Source: Laetmonice hystrix (lineage: Eukaryota). Taken from it: a stretch of 64,000 bases of DNA. Position 1 is the stretch's first letter. Each line of letters starts with the position of its first letter. The translations under genes were made by a program, and so were the position numbers. The notes under the pieces are model-generated. The model worked only from the letters and a program-made list of their open reading frames with translations, was not told the origin of the DNA and did not search any database. Positions 57,001-64,000 of this stretch are shown piece by piece. Location of the stretch: NCBI GenBank assembly GCA_965235115.1, contig OZ249436.1, forward strand, positions 46,440,001 through 46,504,000, read 5' to 3'.

Positions 57001-59334
57001 GTCAAGCGTATAGGTCTCGTACGTTCGCTACAGATATATGGTTGTGATGTGTACACTTCCCATTTGAGTATCTTCTCGAGATTTTAACATTAGATGCTCC
57101 TCGCCTGTACCTTTCATTTCCACTACCTCACTGTAGTGTTTGCATGGCTACTATAGGCCAGCTGGTAAGATGTAGGGACTTCTCACTCTACTGGTTCGCC
57201 TCCCACACTGCTTGGCTCCACAGTGTAGGCCTACTCTTTGGCCTCACTGTACTCTTTGGCCTCACTGTAGTGTTCGTTTGGGTGCTAGGCCAGCCAGTAT
57301 ACCTTGTAGCGATTCCTCCCCGTACTGTTTGGCCTCCCTGTACCGTTTGCTTGTATACAAGAGTAGCCAGTAGTATAGGGACGCCTCATGTTTCAGTTTC
57401 CATGCCTTTATTGTCCAGGAGGCAGGACATACGTTTCGTCTATCATCTACTCCCATCTTATCTGTGTCCCCTACAGACCATCTGTAAGCGTCCGACAACG
57501 TTGTCAGGTCGTCCCAATGACTGTTTGCCGTCAAGGTTTAGTTAACAATGGCAAATGACGTTGTACGCCTATTCTATATCAGATATCCCATCCCCAAGTA
57601 ACAAACAAACAAACAAAGGATGATTACCCAGAGATTTTGCCGGCAGAAAACACCAGGGTGCAGCTGACGGCGCTGACTGCACTGCCGCCTTCCGGCCAGC
57701 GGTGGAATCACCACGTACACCTGGCCGGGCTGGCAGGCACCTGTGGCCCTTAGGCGAGAGACAGGTTAAAGCAAGAATAAGCGAAAAATGGCTACATTTT
57801 TGATACGTCAAATTGAAACTACGGCCCCCAAAATTATTATTCTTAGGCCAGATGTATAACTGTCAAGCGTATAGGTCTCGTACGTTCGCTACAGATATAT
57901 GGTTGTGATGTGTACACTTCCCATTTGAGTATCTTCTCGACATTTTAACATTAGATGCTCCTCGCCTGTACCTTACATTTCCACTACCTCACTGTAGTGT
58001 TTGCATGGCTACTATAGGCCAGATGGTAAGATGTAGGGACTTCTCACTCTACTGGTTGGCCTCCCACACTGCTTGGCTCCATAGTGTACTGTTTGGCCTC
58101 GCTGTACTCTTTGGCCTCACTGTAGTGTTCGTTTGGGTGCTAGGCCAGCCAGTATACCTTGTAGCGATTCCTCCCCGTACTGTTTGGCCTCCCTGTACCG
58201 TTTGCTTGTATGCAAGAGTAGCCAGTAGTATAGGGACGCCTCATGTTTCAGTTTCCATGCCTTTATTGTCCAGGAGGCAGGCCATACGTTTCGTCTATTC
58301 TCTACTCCCATCTAATCTGTGTCCCCTACAGACCATCTGTAAGCATCCGACAACGTTGTCAGGTCGTCCCAATGACTGTTTGCCGTCAAGGTTTAGTTAA
58401 CAATGGCAAATGACGTGGTACGCCTATTCTATATCAGATATCCCATCCCCAAGTAACAAACAAACAAACAAAGGATGATTACCCAGAGATGTTGCCGGCA
58501 GAAAACACCAAGGTGCAGCTGACGGCGCTGACTGCACTGCCGCCTTCCGGACAGCGGTGGAATCACCACGTACACCTGGCCGGGCTGGCAGGCACCTGTG
58601 GCCCTTAGGCGAGAGACAGGTTAAAGCAATGATAAGCGAAAAATGGCTACATTTTTGATACGTCAAATTGAAACTACGGCCCCCAAAATTATTATTCTTA
58701 GGCCAGATGTATAACTGTCAAGCGTATAGGTCTCGTACGTTCGCTACAGATATATGGTTGTGATGTGTACACTTCCCATTTGAGTATCTTCTCCAGATTT
58801 TAACATTAGATGCTCCTCGCCTGTACCTTTCATTTCCACTACCTCACTGTAGTGTTTGCATGGCTACTATAGGCCAGCTGATAAGATGTAGGGACTTCTC
58901 ACTCTACTGGTTGGCCTCCCACACTGCTTAATTGGCTCCACAGTGTACTGTTTGGCCTCACTGTACTCTTTGGCCTCACTGTAGTTTTCGTTTGGGTGCT
59001 AGGCCAGCCAGTATACCTTGTACCGATTCCTCCCCGTACTGTTTGGCCTCCCTGTACCGTTTGCTTGTATACAAGAGTAGCCAGTAGTATAGGGACGCCT
59101 CATGTTTCAGTTTCCATGCCTTTATTGTCCAGGAGGCAGGACATACGTTTCGTCTATCATCTACTCCTATCTTATCTGTGTCCCCTACAGACCATCTGTA
59201 AGCGTCCGACAACGTTGTCAGGTCGTCCCAATGACTGTTTGCCGTCAAGGTTTAGTTAACAATGGCAAATGACGTTGTACGCCTATTCTATATCAGATAT
59301 CCCATCCCCAAGTAACAAACAAACAAACAAAGGA
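54055..59334. repeat. ~857-bp satellite array, block 2 (~6 monomers)
   Basis: Resumes exactly at the TAA breakpoint, with the same monomer variants as block 1. Confidence 0.98.
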
Positions 59335-60026
59335 CTAGATACGTTGTGGAGTACCACAATGGATCCCATCCCCGGGGTGTCCCATGTAACATGTTCTGAA
59401 TAGGGATAACTATGGTACTATCTTGCACCCGTGACGACTTATGAGCCTTAGAAGATGGAAGTTACGTCATTATGACCTTATGCTACGTCATAAATATTGA
59501 TCTCAATGGACTTCCTATTCATGTTCAAAAATAACTATAGGTGTATCTAGCACCGTTTACTAGTTACAGGCTTCTACCAATCCTTAGAAGGGCTCAGTTA
59601 CGTCATAAGGATTTAATAGATAACACAACAGAATAAATCTTGGTGTCAATTGAAAGAACATAATGAGGACTTCCTGTTTATATTCAATACTAACTATGCG
59701 TCTAACTCCTACCATTTACAAGTTAAAACCCTCAGAAAATATCGATGACATCGTTATGTCATGGGTCACGTGACCTAAGAAATAATGATGCCAAACGAAA
59801 GAGTATACATGACTTCCTATTCGTGTTCAATAGTAACTATGGGTCTAACTTCAAGCATTAACAAGTTATATCCCTTAGAAAATATCGATGACATCTTTAC
59901 GACGTCACAGGTCACGTGACCTTAAGGATGACGATACCAAGTGATAGCAAGTTATAGCCCTGACAAAATATAGGTTCACTGGCTGTGGTAATCAGTACCA
60001 GTTCAATCCAGTATTAGCTTGTCAGA

Positions 60027-60155
60027 TGGCGTAGCACTGGCGATAAGTGTCTTGACTCACATGCTATGGGTCGTCGGTTCAATCCCAGGCCGAGTCACCT
60101 ATTTTTTTGGACTTCTACCGGAAGGGTCCCGCGTTCAATCCCAGGCCGAGTCACG
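60027..60155 (+). other. tRNA-like (Pol III A/B-box) fragment inside the outer HINE
   Basis: tggcgtagcactgg ... ggttcaatcccaggccgagtcac followed by a T-run; B-box segment duplicated. No clear full cloverleaf. Confidence 0.4.
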
Positions 60156-60758
60156 TTTCTTTTTCTTTTTGTTTTTTCCCTCTAATTTTTAAAAATGGTC
60201 ACGTGACCTGAAAAAAAAATATCATAAAAGAGCATAATGACTTCTTATCTGTGTTTAATAGTAACCAATGCCAAATCTGGCACCGTTTACAAGTTCTAGA
60301 AAATTGTCAATTTTTCGAAATTTCAAAGTCACGTGATTCAGCGAATATTAGTCAAATCGCTTATCTTTTGATGATTTGAGACAAGCACATGTTAGAGAGT
60401 CCTTCTGCCTAATATTGTCGAATTTCACCAAAAAATGAAGAAGGAGTAGCGATTTAAGAGATTTGTGACTGAGGACCCAGTTCTCCCAAAGTTCAAGGTC
60501 AAATGACAAATGAAGGGTTCATGTTAGACTAGACCCTTGCCTGATTAAAACGCCATGATGGGGTTTGGAAATTCCCAATATGAACGTCATGACGTGACGT
60601 CATACGTCACGTCACGTGATATGTCACAACTCATTGTCTGACCAGTCCTTGTCATGGTCAAGATGTGTGCCAAATTTGATTGAGATATCTTGAAAACTGA
60701 CTGAGATAGACGCCACTGTTTACTACTACTACTACTACTACTACGACGCAAAGAATAA

Positions 60759-63322
60759 CTAGTCATGTCGTGGCGAGACCACGATGGATCCCATCCCCGG
60801 GGTGACATGTCCTTTCTGATATTGAGTTTGAGTAGAGTTACGTTCAAGGCAGACACTTCCCGACACATCTGTAATAGGCAGTCGTGTTTGGGAAGTGCCA
60901 GGTAAGGTGTCAAGTTATGACCCTGAGAGAATATTTATGACATCCTTATGACGTCATAGTAACTATGGCTGCATCTTCAACCATTTACAAGTTATAGCCC
61001 AGGGAATATATAGGTGACCTCCTTATGACGTCATAGGTCACGTAACGTACAAAACAATGGTGCCAAATGAAATATCATATATGACTTCCTATTCGTGTCC
61101 AATAGTAACTATGGCCCTATCTGGCACAGTTTACAAGTTATAGCCCTGGGAAAATATTGGCGACCTTGCTATGACGTCATAGGTCACGTGACTGGAAAAT
61201 TATGGGTGCATAATGAAAGAGCATGTATATAAGACTTCATATTAGGGTTTACTAGTAACTAAGGCTCAATCTTTAACCATTTACAAGTTATAGCCCTTAG
61301 AAAATGCCAATGACATTCTTATGACGTCATAGGTCACGTGACCTGGAAAATGAAGGTGTATAATGAAATGGTACATATGACTTCCTATTACTGTTTAATA
61401 GTAACTATGGCTCTATCTTCATCCATTTACAAGTTATCACGCTGGGCAAATACAGGTGACGTCGTTATGACGTCACAGGTCACGTGACCCAAAAAATAAT
61501 GGTCTCAAATGAAAGACCATATATGACTTCCTATTCGTGTTCAATAGCAACTATGGCCCTATCTGGCACCGTTTACAAGTTATGGCCCTGAGAACATATT
61601 GGCGACCTTGATCTGACGTCATAAGTCACGTGACCTGGAAAATGAAGGTGTATAATGAAAGAGTATATATGACTTCCTATTAGTGTTTAATAGTAACTAT
61701 GGCTCTATCTTCAACCATTTACAAGTTATGGGCCTGGGAAAATATAGGTGACGACGTTAAGACGTCATGGGTCACGTGACTTATAAAACAATGGTGCCAA
61801 ATGAAAGACCATATATGACTTCCTATTCGTGTTCAAGAGTAACTGTGGCTCTATCTGGCACAGTTTACAAGTTATAGCCCTGAGAAAATGTCAATGACAT
61901 CCTTATGACGTCATAGGTCACGTGACCTGGAAAATGAAGGTGTATAATGAAAGAGCATATATGACTTCCTATTAGTGTTTAATAGTAACTATGGCTCTAT
62001 CTTCAACAATTTACAAGTTATAGCCCTGCGAAAATATAGGTGAAGTCGTTATGACGTCATAGGTCACGTGACCTCCAAATTAATGGTGTCAATTGAAACA
62101 CCATATATGACTTCCTATTCGTGTTCAATAGTAACTATGGCCCTATCTGCCACCGTTTACAAGTTATAGCCCTGAGAACATATTGGCGACCTTGATATGA
62201 CGTCATAGGTCACGTGACTTGAAAAATATGGGTGCATAATAAAAGAGCATATATGACTTCCTATTAGTGTTTAATAGTAACTATGGCTCTATCTTCAACC
62301 ATTTACAAGTTATGGCCCTGGGAAAATATAGGTGACGTCGTTATGACGTCAGAGGTCACGTGACCTACAAAACAATGGTGCCAAAGGAAAGGCCATATAT
62401 GACTTCATATTCATGTTCAATAGTAACTGTCGCCCTATCTGGCACCGTTTACGAGTTATAGCCCTAGGGACATGTTGGCAACCCTGCTATGACGTCATAG
62501 GTCACGTGACATGGAAAATGAAGGTGTATAATGAAAGAGCATATATGACTTCCTATAAGTGTTTAATAGTAACTATGGCTCTATCTTCAACCATTTACAA
62601 GTTATAACCCTGGGAAAATATAGGTGACGTCGTTATGACGTCATAGGTCACGTGACCTACAAAATAATGGTGTCAAATGAAAGACGATATATGACTTCCT
62701 ATTCATGTTCAATAGTAACTGTGGCCCTATCTGGCACCTTTTACAAGTTATACCCATAAATGTCTCAACTGACCGCTGTTGAAAACTTTAAGGTCACGTG
62801 GCTCAGTAAATATAGGTCAAATGGCTAATCCCTCTTTGTATGTTTTAAACCTTTCGATGTAGAGTGGTAGTACCTGATATTGTCAAATTTTACCAACAAA
62901 TGGGGAAGGGGTAGCGATTCAACCCGATTCTGACCCAGTAGCCAGTTCTCCCTAAGGTCAAAGGTCAAAGGTCAAATGAAGGGTCGACTTGAGACAGGAT
63001 CCTTGCCTGATTAAGACGCCATGATGGGTTTTGAAAATTTCGAATATGACCTTTAAAAATATGGCCCCAATGTGTAAGACACGTTTGACGTCATGACGTC
63101 ATGACGTGACGTGACGTGACGTCATGATTGATTGTGTGACCTGACTTTGTCATGGTCAAGATCTGAGCCAAGTTTGATTGAGATATCTTGAAAACTGACT
63201 GAGATACAGGCACTGTTTACTACTACTACTACTACTACTACTACAACGCAAAGAATAATAATAATAGGGAAGACGAAACCAGACAATTTCAAGATCCCAT
63301 CCCCTGACGGGGGATGGGATAA
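60759..63322 (-). mobile_element. Second HINE copy nested in the first
   Basis: Has its own CTAG end (60759), hairpin tcgtgg-cgaga-ccacga, subTIR and 5' stem-loop. Splits the outer element at aagaataa|taataggg (A|T). Confidence 0.82.
60910..62755. repeat. 146-bp central tandem repeat with 292-bp alternation
   Basis: TGACGTCA recurs at 61322, 61468, 61614 ... 62636 (period 146). Units alternate ctatctggcac / ctatcttcaac. Confidence 0.92.
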
Positions 63323-63383
63323 TAATAGGGAAGACGAAACCGTACAATCTGAAGATCCCATCCCCCTGTAGGGGATGGGATAA

Positions 63384-64000
63384 TGATTACCCAGAGATTT
63401 TGCCGGCAGAAAACACCAGGGTGCAGCTGACGGCGCTGACTGCACTGCCGCCTTCCGGCCAGCGGTGGAATCATCACGTACACCCTGCCGGGCTGGCAGG
63501 CACCTGTGGCCCTTAGGCGAGAGACCGGTTAAAACAAGGATAAGCGAAAAATGGCTACATTTTTGATACGTCAAATTGAAACTACGGCCCCCAAAATTAT
63601 TATTCTTAGGCCAGATGTATAACTGTCAAGCGTATAGGTCTCGTACGTTCGCTACAGATATATGGTTGTGATGTGTACACTTCCCATTTGAGTATCTTCT
63701 CGAGATTTTAACATTAGATGCTCCTCGCCTGTACCTTTCATTTCCACTACCTCACTGTAGTGTTTGCATGGCTACTATAGGCCAGCTGGTAAGATGTAGG
63801 GACTTCTCACTCTACTGGTTCGCCTCCCACACTGCTTGGCTCCACAGTGTAGGCCTACTCTTTGGCCTCACTGTACTCTTTGGCCTCACTGTAGTGTTCG
63901 TTTGGGTGCTAGGCCAGCCAGTATACCTTGTAGCGATTCCTCCCCGTACTGTTTGGCCTCCCTGTACCGTTTGCTTGTATACAAGAGTAGCCAGTAGTAT
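63384..64000. repeat. ~857-bp satellite array, block 3 (continues beyond the window)
   Basis: Resumes at tgattacccagag, exactly where block 2 was broken. Confidence 0.97.

Larger units (their letters stand above)
59335..63383 (-). mobile_element. Non-autonomous Helentron/Helitron2-type element (HINE/DINE-1-like), outer copy
   Basis: Inserted between A and T of the satellite (aagga|tgatt) with no TSD. Minus-strand 3' end is CTAG, preceded by hairpin ttgtgg-agta-ccacaa and subTIR GGGGATGGGAT. 5' end TTATCCCATCCCC with a short inverted copy. Also a (TAC)n microsatellite and degenerate 146-bp repeats. Confidence 0.85.

Noticed and set aside
23649..59259. Dozens of recurring 60-133 aa ORFs (MATIG.., MTYQK.., MTANS..) suggesting a tandem gene array
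   Set aside because: They are by-products of the satellite period; monomer variants carry frame-breaking indels and stops, and no intact domain is recognisable.
60027..60100. tRNA gene
   Set aside because: A/B-box-like motifs are present but no convincing acceptor stem or cloverleaf; treated as a SINE-like fragment.

Overview
Eukaryotic genomic DNA from an invertebrate, probably a protostome (inferred from a class-2 semaphorin); no prokaryotic features. (1) 1-23.3 kb: a 15-exon + strand secreted class-2 semaphorin gene (Sema-PSI-Ig; exons traced 5467-13979, 5' exons not found), many minisatellites and MITEs, and a cluster of CTCF-like motifs just 3' of the gene. (2) 23.3 kb to the window end: a ~857-bp satellite array (~30 monomers, with higher-order variant structure) interrupted by two nested insertions. 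The first is a TAA-TSD PIF/Harbinger-type non-autonomous element (42811-54054). Inside it sits an apparently intact, very young 8449-bp Ty3/gypsy endogenous retrovirus (44142-52590, - strand) with apparently identical 829-bp LTRs, a CAGT TSD, PBS, PPT, gag, -1-frameshifted pol and an F-type env. It also carries an extra 177-aa ORF upstream of gag with a basic NLS-like run and a VIDLT+acidic SUMO-interacting-like motif. The second is a Helentron/HINE-type element nested in another copy of itself (59335-63383), with 146-bp central repeats. The four-ORF env-bearing retroelement is the best candidate for a novel system. All calls are by eye; no database searches were run.
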